A DNA stretch of 64,000 nucleotides, from the NCBI GenBank assembly GCA_937625935.1, contig OW569356.1:1-64000 (forward strand). The letters run 5' to 3'. Below the pieces are notes generated by a model. That model made no database searches. It had not been told where the DNA came from and worked only from the letters and a program-made list of their open reading frames with translations. The number at the start of each line of letters is the position of its first letter. Within the stretch, counting starts at the first letter, position 1. The position numbers and the translations under genes were made by a program. This DNA comes from Tetramitus jugosus. Lineage: Eukaryota; Protista; Heterolobosea. This document shows positions 44,421-57,337 of this stretch, piece by piece.

Positions 44421-47400
44421 TTACTCCTCCGCTGAAGTGACAACGGCCAGCTCTCTGTGTCGCCTTCTTTTCAGTCTCTTATCTTTGAGATTACTTGCTG
44501 TTTTATCAGCAATATTAAGTGCTATTGGGCTGAGAATCTTGATAGGACTGGGTGTTTTAGAATTTCTGTGGCTCTTGGGTCCCAGAGCTGGAGAGGACGG
44601 TGGTTTGTTCGGTGACTTTTGAGAATCAAGCGACAACAGGTCGGCCAGGCTGGGCACCAACACTTTACGGGCAGATCTCTTTCTCTTTGCCACTTTCATC
44701 CTATCTTCAGGGGTCATTGAGCTCTTTCTTCTGAGTTTCTTGAGAGATTGCATAATAAAGCTATTGTTAGAGCTAGTAGATGGTGTACTCTTCTGGTCGG
44801 GAGATGTTGTGAGATCGATAGGCAAGTTTTCAATGTCCAACGCCTTTTGCTCCACCGAAACCTCCGGTTGGGCAGTAGGACTATCACTGCGTGTTTTCTT
44901 TGCTCTCTTTGATTTTCTTTCAACGGTAGATACGAACTCAGGGCTGAAGTAGATTTGGCCAGCAGAAGCATCTTGGTTCAAGTCAGCCGAATCATGATAG
45001 ACCTTACGCTTGAGAGATGATCTAGCAGGTTTCGTCTGTGAATCACTATTGTTTCTTGGAGTGACAACCGGGGAGCTATTTTCTTGAAGAACTCCAGATT
45101 CAGCCAGTGATATTCTTCTGGAAGCTCTCCTCACGTGAACTGGTGTTGTGATAGGTGGTTCTTCTCTTCCATTCAATGAAGCTTTTAGTTTTTCATTCTC
45201 CCTTTGTAGAAGAAGGACTTGGTTGGCAACGTTATCAGTATTTTGGAGCATCTTCTTCATTTTGTCCATTTCTCTTTGTAGTTCCTTAATTCTTTGTTGT
45301 GCAGCATCGAAATTCTTACCCAGATTTTCGTGCTCCAGTCGTGATGTCAACATATGTTGATCTCTTCTACAAATTAACTTGTCAATGTAGCTACTCATTT
45401 CCTCTTCGCTTGGTTGTTCCATGCTTTCGACATCATTGCCAAATGCTGATCTCTCGGTTTTCATGATATAGCATTCGAGAGCTTGGACTCGTTGTTTGAA
45501 TCCGTTAGACTTCTTTTCCAGTTCTCGAATTGTTTGCTCAAAATCTTCAAATTTATCTTGAGACACATCCTTAATCAACGCACCCTTCTTGATAAGATTG
45601 TCTTGCTTTCTCAGTAGTTTCTTTTGCTCGTTGATTGTACGTTGCAATTGTGCGATTTTGTCAACGCTATCTTGAAGACTGTTGATTTCATTCTTGAGCT
45701 TGTCCACCTCTTCTTCATAATCCCCAACCTTTGACAATGCTGCATTACTGTCTCTTTGAGCTTCTGCTAACCGACTCTGATAGGACAAATTTTCTTCTTT
45801 TAAAGAGGTAATTGTTTCTTGCAGGAGCTGTGTCTGGGCATCAGAGTTCTCGTTGACATGAGAGAATTTGTATTTCAGATCATTCACAACTTCTTCTTTG
45901 TGGGAGAGTTGTTCAAGAAGATCCTTAATGTGAGCCTTCTTTTCTTCGATCAACTTTGTACTCTCTTTCTCCTTCTTCTTCATATGAGACTGTTGATTGT
46001 CCACTCGGGCTTCGAGCTCAATAATTTGATTGTTTTGAGCTTGAATAGTCTGTTTAGTTTCAGTCTTGAGAAGCAAGTACTTTGTGTTCAGGTCTTCATA
46101 CTCTCTCTTGGCTTCAGATCTAATGTCAATGATTGATTGATTGTGCTCCACATTCTTCTTATCTAGTTGATCGTTGAGATCTCTTGTTTGATCCTTCAAA
46201 TCTTGTTCGAACTTAAGGGTTATTTGTTCAATGATAGCACTCTTTTGTTCTGCAGTGCTCTTTGCGTCTGAGAGTTGTTTCAGCACTTTTTCCATCTCTT
46301 GATCATGCTTTGATTTAATAGCACATATTTCTTCTTCGTGCTTTTGTATTAATTTATCGAGTTTAGTTGCATGTTCGGATGTGGAAATCTCAAGACGAGC
46401 AGTTACTTCATCCAAGAATTCCTGACAGCGCTTATTTTCGAGAGTGAGCATATTAATCATTTCATCTTTCGATCTTCTCAGCTCTTCCATCTCGATCTTA
46501 AAAGATGCCATTGTCTCTGATATCTCATCATTCTCATGTGACAGTGTTTGATTCTCGGTCTCCAATTTTGACCGAATATCTTTGAGACGTTGCAACTTTT
46601 CCTTAAAACCTTCAATCTTTTGCTTACTATCTGTTTGTGCTCGCAGAATGACTTGTTCTTTCTCTTCAATAACTTTCGAAAGAGTTGATAGCTCATCTCT
46701 CATAACTTGTTTAGTCGCTTCAAGTTCATTGATGCGAGATTCGTATTCACTCTTCGAAGTATTGAGTGTGTCATGCGCTGACTGAAGATCATTTAGTTCA
46801 TTGATAGTGTTTTGCAGTCTGATTGACTGCTCGTTCAATGTCTTCTCTAAGTTCTTCTGTTCCAGCTGAAGTTCCTTGATTTGAGTTTTTAGTCCAGAGT
46901 TTTCCTCACTTAATGATTGGATTTCTGTGTTCATGCTATTGGATTTAGATTCGTATTCATTCGTCAAACGTTCGATACTTTCCTTATGATCGGAAATGGA
47001 TTCTTCAACAGAGGCTATTGTGACAAGTTGATTGCTTATGATAGAATCCTTTTGACGAATATCATTCATGATCGAATCAACTCGCTTTTGATGCTCCGAT
47101 TCCATTTCGTGAGATCTCTTCGCTAGAACATCTATTTGACATTTAAGATCAGTGATGTAATTTTCCTTATCTTTGAGCTCCTCAGTCTTCTCTTGAATCT
47201 TCAAGTTCATTTCCGATGTGATCTCGTTAATTTGATCCTGCAATGAAGAAGTTGCAAGAGTTTTGGTGTTCGACAATACGTCATAGTCCTTGTGCAAGTT
47301 GGATATTTCATCTTGCAGCGAAGCCAGTTGTTCTTTGTAGGATGCAACATTTTCGAGTATTTTCTCATTGCACTCTTCAGTTATTCGCGATGAACGATCG

Positions 47401-49906
47401 TCATACTCCTTCTTTAGTCGATTCAAAGTGTCATGATAGCTCTTCGTATTGAGCTCCATTTGTTTCTCGAGTTCCTCCTTCTGTTTTATGATCGCCATTA
47501 GTTGGTCATCAGCATCCATCTTCAATCGCTCGTTCTGTTCTCTATTCTGATTAGCGAGAGTTTCTAGTTCAGAATTCAGTTTCAAGATAACTTCTTGTGA
47601 TGAAGCCAGATGCTGCTCCAATTCTGCTCTCAATTTTTGGATTTGTTCTTCATACGTCTCTCTAACATCCTTGATCTTGGTTGCCATTTGTTCTGACAAT
47701 TCGATCGAAAGCGATTTCTTCTCTTCTGTTAATACTTCGATCATATCTTGGAGTTGAGAAATGGTTGATTCGTTATTGGACAAGTCGTTCATCAGGGACT
47801 TAATTTTGTTTTCTAGGGTTGAGGATTTTTGCTCCAGTGAGTGCAAGGCTTGGGAGTGCTCTTCATTCAACGATTTGGCCAGTTCTTGGAGCATGACTTC
47901 ATGTTTTGTGATTAGTTGGTGCTTTTGTGCTTCGAAATCAACTTGGACAGCAGCTAGCTTCTCTTGATATTCCCGAGTTGTAATCACAAAGGAGTCTGCT
48001 TGATGCTTGGATAGTTTCTCTTTCTCCTGGATCTCATTCTTCATTTCTTCCACAGCCGTTGCAAGTTCAGAGATTTGATAGTCCTTTTGCTTGAGGTCTA
48101 GTTGGTGATCTCTTGCCATATTTGACCAGTTCGTATTTGCATCTCTGATTTGGCTACGGAGTGATTCAGCCTCAGACCGAAGTGAATCCACCATTTGCTT
48201 GTATTGTTGGATTTCTGATTCATAGTTCATTATCATCGCCTCATCCAACACAACAGAGCTATGAACGACTGGAGAGGTGGGTGTAGAGATTCTTAATGAG
48301 CTTTGATGAGGTGTCTCGTCATCTACTGATTGTTCTTTCGGATCTGAGGCGATACTTGTCAAAGTACTGTTTGTGAGCACACTAGCAAATTGTTCCATAC
48401 ATTGGATAGATTCTAACTTGAGTTTCGAGTGCATATCCTTCAATTGCTTTAATTCACCATGAAGTAGTTGCAGATGAGATGGTAGGTTTCTATTTAACAC
48501 TGCTCGATCTAACTGTATTTTAGCAATTCGTAATTTCGCATCTTGCTCCACCTTCTCCTTTCGCAAGGTTTCTATAATTTCATTCTTGTTCTTCTTTACA
48601 TCTTTGAGTTCCTTCTCTAAATCGTGGATCGTCGTTTCATGAGTTTCAATTGCTTTCTTGAGAGACCGTATATCAGCGTCCTGACTACTTAATCTCCGTT
48701 CATATATTTTAATGTTTTCTTCGCATTGCTGTTTCACTGCTTCCATCTTTTGTTCGTTGATCACCTTGGCCTGTTCAATGGAGCGACTTGATTCTTCAGA
48801 GGTTTTCTCAAATTGCTTTAACTTTGTGGCCAGTTTCGCTCTTTCTTCCAAAGCTTCTTCCAGCTGATGCAAATAATTGACTAATTCTTGCTCGTGCTCC
48901 TGCTTCAGTTGTTGAAGTTTTTCGTTCACATACTTGAGGTTTGAGAGTTCATTGGAGCCAGACTTCAATTGATGATCTGCATTCGCGTGATCTTTCAATA
49001 ACTTATCCGTCTCCTTTTGGATCTTAATGCATAGCTGCTCTCTGTCTTGAGACTCTAGAGTCACTTGTTTCAAATCCTTTTTTGTGATTTCTAGCTCTTG
49101 TTCCACGAGCGTCAATTTGCGTTGTTCCTCTAATAATTTGTTTTTCAGGTCAATATATCTCCTGTTACTGACCATGCTATCGTGTTCCGATTCATCAGGC
49201 AATACTCTTTGTTGATCCTTCAACAGTTCACTTTTCTCATTTTCGAACTTAATCTTGAGAGAGTCCATTGATAGTCTCATTGCTTCACTCTTTTGTTCCA
49301 AGCGTTTCATTTCGTTGGCCATCGCCAAAATGTGTGCATCCTTTTCCTGAAGAATTGCCTGCAATTCTTTTTCTCTTTTTTCAAATTGTTCCATATCTTT
49401 TCTTTGAGGTTCATTGAATGACTGAATGTGAGTATTTAATTTCTCACAGTCCTTCTTTGAATTATTTTTGGTTTCACTGTACAGTTGATTTAACTCGTTC
49501 ACTTTCGAGTGAATATCTCTCTCAAGCGTTTCAATCAATTTTCTTTGATGTGAGCACTCTTGGGCCTGTGTTTTCACTTTTCCTTGCAACAAATCAATGT
49601 TGCTGTTGAGTCTGGACACATCCTCGATGAGACTGTCTCTTTCACTCTGGATCGATTGTAATTGATTCTTCAACGCATCGACATCTTGAATCAATTTGAT
49701 GTTTGCTTCTTTAGTGTTGTCATGAGACTGTTGGTTGGCTTTTGTGACTTGAATCTCAATCTGATTTCACATGGTGAGTCATTGGTGGTGAGAAGGGAAA
49801 GGATATCTTTTGGAATTGACACAAGAAATGAAAAAAAAGAGAGTCGTACCTTTGACATGACAGAGGAAGGGATGTTGTCATTGTGAAAACTTGAGTGCCA
49901 GTCCAT
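44421..49906 (-). CDS. Very long coiled-coil protein (~1,800 aa) with basic SP/TP-rich tail; exons 49906-49850 and 49760-44421
   Basis: Heptad E/K/Q/L-rich ORF; intron 49849-49761 (GTACG...CAG) joins MDWHSSFHNDNIPSSVMSK to IEIQVTK in frame. Confidence 0.85.
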
Positions 49907-50016
49907 TGCTTGTTGCTGTGAGAAGAATGGGTGTTGTTCAATTAAATACTATAAATTGGCTAGTTTTGTTTTGGCAGAAAGAACAATGGGACAACGTCAA
50001 TAATTTTCGATGGGTC

Positions 50017-50039
50017 CGCGCCAAATTTTTGGCGCCAAA
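50017..50039. promoter_or_regulatory. E2F-consensus sites upstream of the long coiled-coil gene
   Basis: CGCGCCAAA (50017-50025) and the palindrome TTTGGCGCCAAA (50028-50039) match TTTSSCGC, ~110-130 bp upstream of ATG 49906. Confidence 0.5.
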
Positions 50040-50090
50040 CGGACAAAATATAAAGTTGGAGGAGAAATATGGAGATATTTAGATATCGGA

Positions 50091-50163
50091 GGTCGTTTAG
50101 CTCAGTCGGTAGAGCGTTGGTCTAATAAGCCATTGGTCGCAGGTTCGATCCCTGCAACGACCA
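50091..50163 (+). tRNA. tRNA-Ile(AAT)
   Basis: Acceptor stem GGTCGTT/AACGACC, A-box TAGCTCAGTCGG, anticodon loop CTAATAA, B-box GGTTCGATCC, downstream T-run terminator. Confidence 0.96.
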
Positions 50164-50239
50164 CATATTTTTGTGTTATTTTTCGTTTATGGACCAGAGC
50201 TTTATTGGATACGATGTTGCAGACTTCGAGTGTAAGCAA

Positions 50240-51130
50240 TTACTGTGAATGAGTGCTTCTCTTCTTTCCTACACCGACAACGATGGCAACGTTTTTCTCT
50301 TTACCCTTTTGTTGGGCCTGTCTGAAGAATTCTTCCTCTCCCAACTCTGCAAACTTCTGCACTGGATTCTCTAACCATGTTTCCCAATGGGCATCAACTC
50401 GAGAAACCTGGAATCCCGCCGCTGTTAGTGTGTTTCCGAGGAGCATTTCATTCCAAGTATACAAATGATTGTTCTTATCATGAGGAACCCATTTCTCTGG
50501 ATTCGATTCATGTTTAATCGTGGCAACAATCGTTCCGCCTTCCTTTAGTTTGTAAAACAGTTTTCTCAACTCTTGTACAGGATTCTCCACATGTTCAATC
50601 ACTGATGTCGTAACAATAATATCGATACGATCATCAGGCAAATCGTCGCTGTACTTTACAAACTTAATGTCAGGATAATTCTTTGCAGCTTCTTCACGAG
50701 CAATATCATTCAACTCTACACCAAATCGTTGACTGCACTTCTTCATGTTGGCGATCACAGCCCCAGAAGAACTACCAAACTCTGCACACACATCTCCCTT
50801 CTTGACATAATCTCTCCAGTATCTCTGTTTGAATTGACCACCAAAGACGTTCAAGCTTTTTTGCCAAGCAAAGTACTTTGAGTCATAATGAGTGATACTG
50901 GTCGATTGGTCATTGTTTGGAGCAGGGGAATCCGGTGTCACACGTTTAAAGCTCCTCAACTGACGAGAGCTCTCTTCTAATTGCTTCTGTAGTCGATCCA
51001 TTTCATCCTTCATGGAGACTGCTTGGTTACTACGTGAGAGAGAGATTGAAAAGACAAGGAAGATGAGAATTGCAACGATGATAGCAACCAATAAAATGGG
51101 TTGTCGTTTGATAATGGTTTGATAGTTCAT
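50240..51130 (-). CDS. Membrane-anchored class I SAM-dependent methyltransferase
   Basis: N-terminal TM helix; EFGSSSG, GVELN, DIIVTTSVIEHVENP...LKEGG. Confidence 0.88.
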   Translation of the reverse strand: MNYQTIIKRQPILLVAIIVAILIFLVFSISLSRSNQAVSMKDEMDRLQKQLEESSRQLRSFKRVTPDSPAPNNDQSTSITHYDSKYFAWQKSLNVFGGQFKQRYWRDYVKKGDVCAEFGSSSGAVIANMKKCSQRFGVELNDIAREEAAKNYPDIKFVKYSDDLPDDRIDIIVTTSVIEHVENPVQELRKLFYKLKEGGTIVATIKHESNPEKWVPHDKNNHLYTWNEMLLGNTLTAAGFQVSRVDAHWETWLENPVQKFAELGEEEFFRQAQQKGKEKNVAIVVGVGKKRSTHSQ

Positions 51131-51483
51131 TATGAGTATATAGAGGTTCTTTACGAGTTTTTGTGTGTGTAAGGCTACAACGACGTCGTTGAGGTTTTTG
51201 CCAAATTGGGCTTTAAGTTTATGTCGGAAAACAGTAGATACGTTTCTTTTCGGTCAATGTCGGAGGAATCCACAACTATCACAGCCTAGGTTGGATTCTG
51301 GGCGTCGAAGAGAGTTGTTGAAATTCAGCCAATTCATTTCGAACTTTCGATTCTTCTCAAGAATCCAGAGTGTCATTTTGCTGGGAGAAGGTTCAAGAAG
51401 AAGCTCGTCCACTGTTTCATTTTTGAATATGAAATTCTCCGTCTTTGAACCAACAACGAACCAAGATCTCAAACAACGAACCA

Positions 51484-53178
51484 ATGCAAGGCGCAGCTCC
51501 ACCGCCAACTTTTACGGCTATGCACCAAAAACTTGCGCTCTATCACTGTGCTCTGACTCTCCAAAAGATCAAGGGTCAACCATGCTGTTCCAACCTGGGG
51601 GATGGCACTGTGTTCGACATGGATAACATTCTGCCCTTTATTGACCAGTATCACTTGCATCCAGTGACTGGTGAGAAGCCATTTGAACGATCGAATCTCA
51701 TTCCACTTCATTTCTCCTTCCATGACAATGGTCAAATGTTTTGTCCTGTGACTCTCAAGACACTGAACCAAAATTCGCACATTGTTGCGATTGCAACGAG
51801 TGGCAATGTGTACTCGTATGAAGCAGTCAAGAATACAGTGTTGAACGTTGAGGATCCATCGGTTAAGATGCATGATTTGTTGGATGAAAATATTGAGTTT
51901 ACAAAGCGGGATATTATTACTTTACAAAATCCAAAGGACATGTCATCTTTGAGAGACATTAATCAGTTTTATCATTTTAAGCATGGTTTGGCAGTGACTG
52001 GTGGTGATGATGACAATCAAGGAATTAACAAGACACAAGCCATGAAGAAAATATTGGATCAAGTGACTCCTACGAGTGCTTCCGGACAACAACGCGAAAG
52101 CTCCGGAGAGTCAAAACCACAGGTTGGTACCAAGAAAACACAAAAGGAAGGAGCTACTCTCACGAAAACGACACAAAAGACTACTCCTGCTAAAAAGGCT
52201 ACAGCAAACGTTGTAACAACGAGTCAATCCAGAGCGTCTGCTCTCACATCATCTGCTGTGAACGTTGTGAATCGTACGTTCGCGAACAAGGAAGATCAAT
52301 TGGCTGCCGATAAATTGAAGGAGTTCCGCTCGCAAAAGTTTCAGCAGTATGAACGGATCAAGAAAAAGTTAAAGAAGAGCAAACAAAAGTCATATGTTGC
52401 TCTGCACACGTCAATGGGTGACATTAATCTAGAACTCTATCCCTATTTGGTTCCTCAAACGTGTGACAACTTCCTGGGCTTGTGCGAGAAGGGCTACTAT
52501 GACGGAACAATATTCCATCGGTTGATCAGCAATTTTATGATACAGGGTGGTGACCCGACAGGAACAGGCAGAGGAGGAGAGTCATTGTGGGGCGAGAATT
52601 TTAAAGATGAATTCCATACATCTTTGAAGCATGACAAGCCTGGTATTCTATCAATGGCCAATCGAGGTAAGGATACGAACGGAAGTCAATTTTTCATCAC
52701 TTTCAAAGCAACACCTCATCTCGATAACAAGCACACGGTATTTGGTTGTGTGGTGGATGGGATGGACACGCTGCTCCAAATGCAACTCGTCCCAACAGAT
52801 GCAAAAACCTCCAAGCCCTTGACACCTATCACTATTGAAGGTGTAACTGTGCACAACAATCCATTTGCAGAGGATGAGGCACAACAGAAACGAATCACTG
52901 AAAGGGAGAGAGAACAAAACAGAGAAACGAGCACAAGTTACGGAAGGTGGTTCTCTGATCCCACTTCGTCATCGACTGCTGCTGAGTCCACCAAAAAGAA
53001 AGTCGGTGGGGTAGGAAAATACATCAGCAAAGACGCACTCAACAATGGCCTCCAGCTAGACTTTAAAAATGCCCTCAAACGAGGCAGGAACGAAGCACAG
53101 ACTACAACAGAGAACACGGAGCAACCTCCAGCTAAGAAGCCCAACAGTGGAAATCAATTCAATTTCTCGAACTGGTAA
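51484..53178 (+). CDS. PPIL2: U-box/RING-type cyclophilin PPIL2 (Cyp60); start codon uncertain
   Basis: HCALTLQ, DGTVFD, HPVTGE, FCPVT.K, HIVAIATSGNVY, DIITLQ.P; cyclophilin FHRLISNFMIQGGDPTGTGRGG, SMANRG.DTNGSQFFIT, HLDNKHTVFG. Confidence 0.93.
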   Translation: MQGAAPPPTFTAMHQKLALYHCALTLQKIKGQPCCSNLGDGTVFDMDNILPFIDQYHLHPVTGEKPFERSNLIPLHFSFHDNGQMFCPVTLKTLNQNSHIVAIATSGNVYSYEAVKNTVLNVEDPSVKMHDLLDENIEFTKRDIITLQNPKDMSSLRDINQFYHFKHGLAVTGGDDDNQGINKTQAMKKILDQVTPTSASGQQRESSGESKPQVGTKKTQKEGATLTKTTQKTTPAKKATANVVTTSQSRASALTSSAVNVVNRTFANKEDQLAADKLKEFRSQKFQQYERIKKKLKKSKQKSYVALHTSMGDINLELYPYLVPQTCDNFLGLCEKGYYDGTIFHRLISNFMIQGGDPTGTGRGGESLWGENFKDEFHTSLKHDKPGILSMANRGKDTNGSQFFITFKATPHLDNKHTVFGCVVDGMDTLLQMQLVPTDAKTSKPLTPITIEGVTVHNNPFAEDEAQQKRITEREREQNRETSTSYGRWFSDPTSSSTAAESTKKKVGGVGKYISKDALNNGLQLDFKNALKRGRNEAQTTTENTEQPPAKKPNSGNQFNFSNW

Positions 53179-53467
53179 AAAGTATTTCACACAGCACCCA
53201 TAATATCTCCGTCGGTTTTCACATAATTTTTGGCCATAAATCAAACCAGAAACACCGCGACCCACTTGTGCCCAAACATATTTCATTGTTCTGAGGTGCA
53301 GTCCTTAGGGCTGTGCAGTGTTGACGACAATGAGCAAATTGTTATTTACTGACGACCAGGGAGTAAAGCACCCAGGATCGATATGATGTTCTATCGAATA
53401 ATAGAAGATTTCGGAATAATCTAGACATTATGATGAATTCACTTTTGGTGTTATTGATACAGTTGAC

Positions 53468-56215
53468 TTAGTACACTTCACGAACAGCTTTCCGCTTGGG
53501 AACAATTTCTGCTCTCTTCTTCTGAAGGGAGCGAAGTGATTTTGAAGCTCTTGAGCCGGGAGCTTCTTTCGTAGTTGATGTGGAACGGGATGACATTGGA
53601 GCTCCCCGAGCACTCAGCGAAAGACTCGATCGCACCTCCTCCAGTTTTTGCTTGGCCCTTGAATGATCAGTCGTCTTCCGATGATGGTTGATCAAGTGAT
53701 GATCATCGTCATCTACTTCGCCAACAACAACTTCTGCTACTCGATTACTGTTCGTTAATTGTTGTATACTGTCCCTTAGCGATGATATTCGTGCTGTTTG
53801 ATCATCTGAATCCATTGCTCTCTGAATTTGAAGTTGTTTGTTCTTAACTTTAACTTTCGTGAGCTCTTCTCGGAGTGCTTCATTGTTGGTGTTCAACTCA
53901 TTCATCCTCAATTCTAACTTGTGAATTTTGTCTGCATACTGCTGTATCGTCTCTTCAGGTCGTTCTCCAAAATGTGGCTTCTTTGATCCAGAGTCCTGGT
54001 ACTGTTCTTTCATTCGAGTTATTTGGGCCTTCAGCATGTTGCTGATATCGATCAGTTTTTCTCGTTCTTTGATTACATTCTTCAGTTCTTTGGCTGCCTC
54101 CTTCAGTTTCAATTTCAGGGAGGCATTCTCTTTTGTCAATGTTTCCATCTTCGCTTGAGATTGTAATAGTTGTTCTCTCTGCTCTTCCAAGTCCATCCGC
54201 AAATCTGTCATCAAAGTATTGAGCCTAGTGACTTGCTCGGTCGCAGATACTCCACCCGAGTCCTCTTTTCTCTCCACCTTCTCGGTTAGTGTTGAAATTT
54301 GTTCGTACAATTGCTTTATCATGTTGGTGTCCACATTTGTTGATTGTAGAGTATGAACCTGACTCTCCAATTGTTTAATTCGAATTTGGTTTTGCTGTAG
54401 TTCAAGTTCGGCCTCTGCTAGTGCATCTTTGATGTTTTGATAGTCCTCTAGATCGCTCTTCATGTTACTGATCACCTCCTTAATTTGACTCTTTTGAGTT
54501 TCTAACTTCTCCACTTGTATTTTCAGTTCATCTCGTTCGTCCCGCATGCTGTTGTATTCCTTCAATGAACCCAATCCTTGAGAAGATTGAGAAGTTCTGA
54601 TGATCCTTGACTGGGACTTTGGAACAGACGCGTCAAAATCAAAGTCCATGTGGATAGAGTCGACAGGTGATACTGATCGCATTGATTCTAGTCCAAATTC
54701 CATATCAATATCTTTTTCCATCTTCTCTCGTTGTATTGATCCTCTTAATTCAGAAGCAATGGCATTTCTTTGAGCTTGAACTGTCTTCTGTTTAAGTTGA
54801 GCTTTCAGTTCAAGGATGTGTTTTTGTTTGTCTTGTAGTTCAGATTGAGCGTTTTCAAGATTCTTTTTGAGTGATCTTACAATACCTTCATTCTTGCGAT
54901 TGATTTCTTCGTGCTTCTGTTCGGTATCTCTTTCACACTGTAGCTGCAATGATAACATTTCTTTTTTCATCTGGGCTTCTTTGTCGATAAGCCGTTTCAT
55001 TTGATCTTTGTATTGTTGGAGCTCCTCTTTCCTGTCTTCTAACTGTTTTCGGAGGGTTGAATTCTTCTCCTTCTCGTTCTTTAATTCGAGATTTAAATTC
55101 CATTCATTTGACTGTAACTGCTCAAACTCCTTGGCCTTAATGCTCCATTTCTCTTCAACTTGCTGTCTGATCGATTCAATTTCTTGCTCTTTCTGCCGTA
55201 GTTGCTCCTCACATTCCATTTGATATAGTTTTGAAAGTTCTTTACTCTGCTTGTTGCTTCCTTGTAGAACTTTGAGTTCGGATGAAAGACTATTGATTCG
55301 GCTCTCGTAGGTTTGAGCTAATTCTTTTTGTTGGCGAGTGTGAACAGTTTCTTGCTCCTTAATATGTTCTTGATACTCTCGTTTTAGTTCTTCTATTCTC
55401 CTCTTCAACAATTCTCTCTCAGTTTCAATCGCTTCAATCTGATTCGAGTATTTCATCGATTGATGCTCGAGTTCCTTCTGGAGCCGATTTATTTGAGCTC
55501 TTTGATCTGATATGACAGTGGTATTCGATCGATCTTGTTGTTCCTTTTGAAGCAAAGATGACTGAAATTCTTGCTCCATTTCTCTTTTTGTTCGATCCAT
55601 ATCTTCCATCTTTTCATTCAATTGTCTCTTCAAATTCCGAATCATTGATTCATATTCAGTCACTGTTGTTCTTACTCGATCTTCATTGTTAAATTTATGT
55701 TGTTCAATCTCATGTTTCAATTCTTGAATCCGCTCCTGATAAAAGATTTGCTCTTCGTTGTTTTTGGCTTGCTCTTGCTTCAAGACACTCTGGATGGTGG
55801 CCATTTGAGCCTGCAGTTCACTAATGAGCTCATCTCTGCACCAAACCACACACAGTGTCAGATCCACTAGGTGTCAATACATGACGAAAAAACCCCATTT
55901 CACTACTTACTTTTCTTTCATTTCATGCCTCAGTTCGATAAATTTCTGATCAAATTGCTTCAGTTCCTCATCTCTGCCCTCAATTAGCTTTAAATTATAG
56001 TCAAAATCAGTCTTCAGCTGTTTAAATTGTTGTCGTTCCTTTTCAATCTGTTTATTCTTCTCCAGTATCGTATTTTCCAGTGATTTGAATCGATAGTCGT
56101 TCAAATGAGTCAATTCTTGTTGTTTCTGGAGTATCGCTGAAGATATGGTATCAAACGTGTCCACAACAGCAGTACTCGGTCGACTACTGTTTGAATTATT
56201 ATGGATGGATGACAT
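53468..56215 (-). CDS. CCDC57: CCDC57-like centriolar coiled-coil protein; exons 56215-55911 and 55835-53468
   Basis: DFDYNLKLIEGRDEELKQFD and LKEAAKEL...EREKLIDISNMLKAQI resemble conserved CCDC57 blocks; intron 55910-55836 (GTAAGT...TGCAG) joins the two track ORFs in frame. Confidence 0.75.
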
Positions 56216-56435
56216 TGTTTCAGCTGCACTCAATATCGTTTAATTTTCACTTTTAAAAAAACTGGAAATCATTTAACAATTTGGAGCGGGATACAAGTTC
56301 GCTCACCCTCCAAAATATCCTGTAAACACCAAACGGCCTCCCAAAACCCGCCCACAGAAACTCCATCATCAAACAGAGCTCCGATCTCATCATTCCGACT
56401 GCCAATCGAAATTCAAACAAAACAACGAAAAAAAC

Positions 56436-57305
56436 ATGTCCTCATCATCCAGCAACACGGCGTTCACCGCAGGCACCTCCACCTCCACCACCACCTCCTC
56501 CACTACCTCCACTTCCAACAAACGCATCATTTCCAATGAAGAATGGGAAAATCGTCTCAAACAAATCAAAATCAACAAAAATGATCTCAATTCACTAGTG
56601 ATGAACTACTTGGTGGTCGAAGGGTACAAGGACGCTGCAGAAATCTTTTCTCAAGAGTCCAACACACCCACTAACATTCATAATCTCGATAGTATTTCGG
56701 ATCGTGTTCAAATTCGATCACTCATTCTTCAACAGGGAAAAATTAGTGAAGCGATTGAACGGGTCAATGATTTGAATCCGGAAATTTTGGACAATAATCA
56801 AAATTTGTACTTTAAGCTTCAACAACAACAGTTGATTGAATTGATTCGATTGGGTGATTTGGATGCTGCACTGTCGTTTGCAATGAATGAATTGGCTGCG
56901 CGGGGCGAAGAAAATCAAGAATTTTTGAGCGAAATTGAAAAAACAATGAGTTTGTTGGCGTTTGAGAATTTAAAGGACTGTCCTGTGCATTGCTTAATGG
57001 AACAGTCGCAGAGACAAAAGACGGCAAGTGAACTCAATTCGGCCATTCTGGAGAGTCAATGTCAAGAAAAGACGCCAAAATTGCCCAATGTACTCAAATT
57101 GTTATTGTGGGCACAAAAGAGGTTGGATGAGCGTGTCATATATCCCAAAATGATCAATGTTCAAACAGGTGAACTGAGTAGTGTTGGTGGCAATAGTAGT
57201 AGTAGCAGTACTAGTGGCAGTAGCGGTAGTAGTGGGACGACTGCTAGTAGTGGTAGTAGTAGCGGCCGGAGTGGAGAAACAACGACGACGCGCTTTCATT
57301 TTTGA
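56436..57305 (+). CDS. GID8: GID8/TWA1 subunit of the CTLH/GID E3 ligase (LisH-CTLH-CRA)
   Basis: LNSLVMNYLVVEGYKDAAE.F..ES, AIERVNDLNPEILD, LYFKLQQQQLIELIR, QRQKTASELNSAIL, LLLWAQ. Confidence 0.95.
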   Translation: MSSSSSNTAFTAGTSTSTTTSSTTSTSNKRIISNEEWENRLKQIKINKNDLNSLVMNYLVVEGYKDAAEIFSQESNTPTNIHNLDSISDRVQIRSLILQQGKISEAIERVNDLNPEILDNNQNLYFKLQQQQLIELIRLGDLDAALSFAMNELAARGEENQEFLSEIEKTMSLLAFENLKDCPVHCLMEQSQRQKTASELNSAILESQCQEKTPKLPNVLKLLLWAQKRLDERVIYPKMINVQTGELSSVGGNSSSSSTSGSSGSSGTTASSGSSSGRSGETTTTRFHF

Positions 57306-57337
57306 GGGAATGATGTAAAATGTCTCTCTTGTATTTA

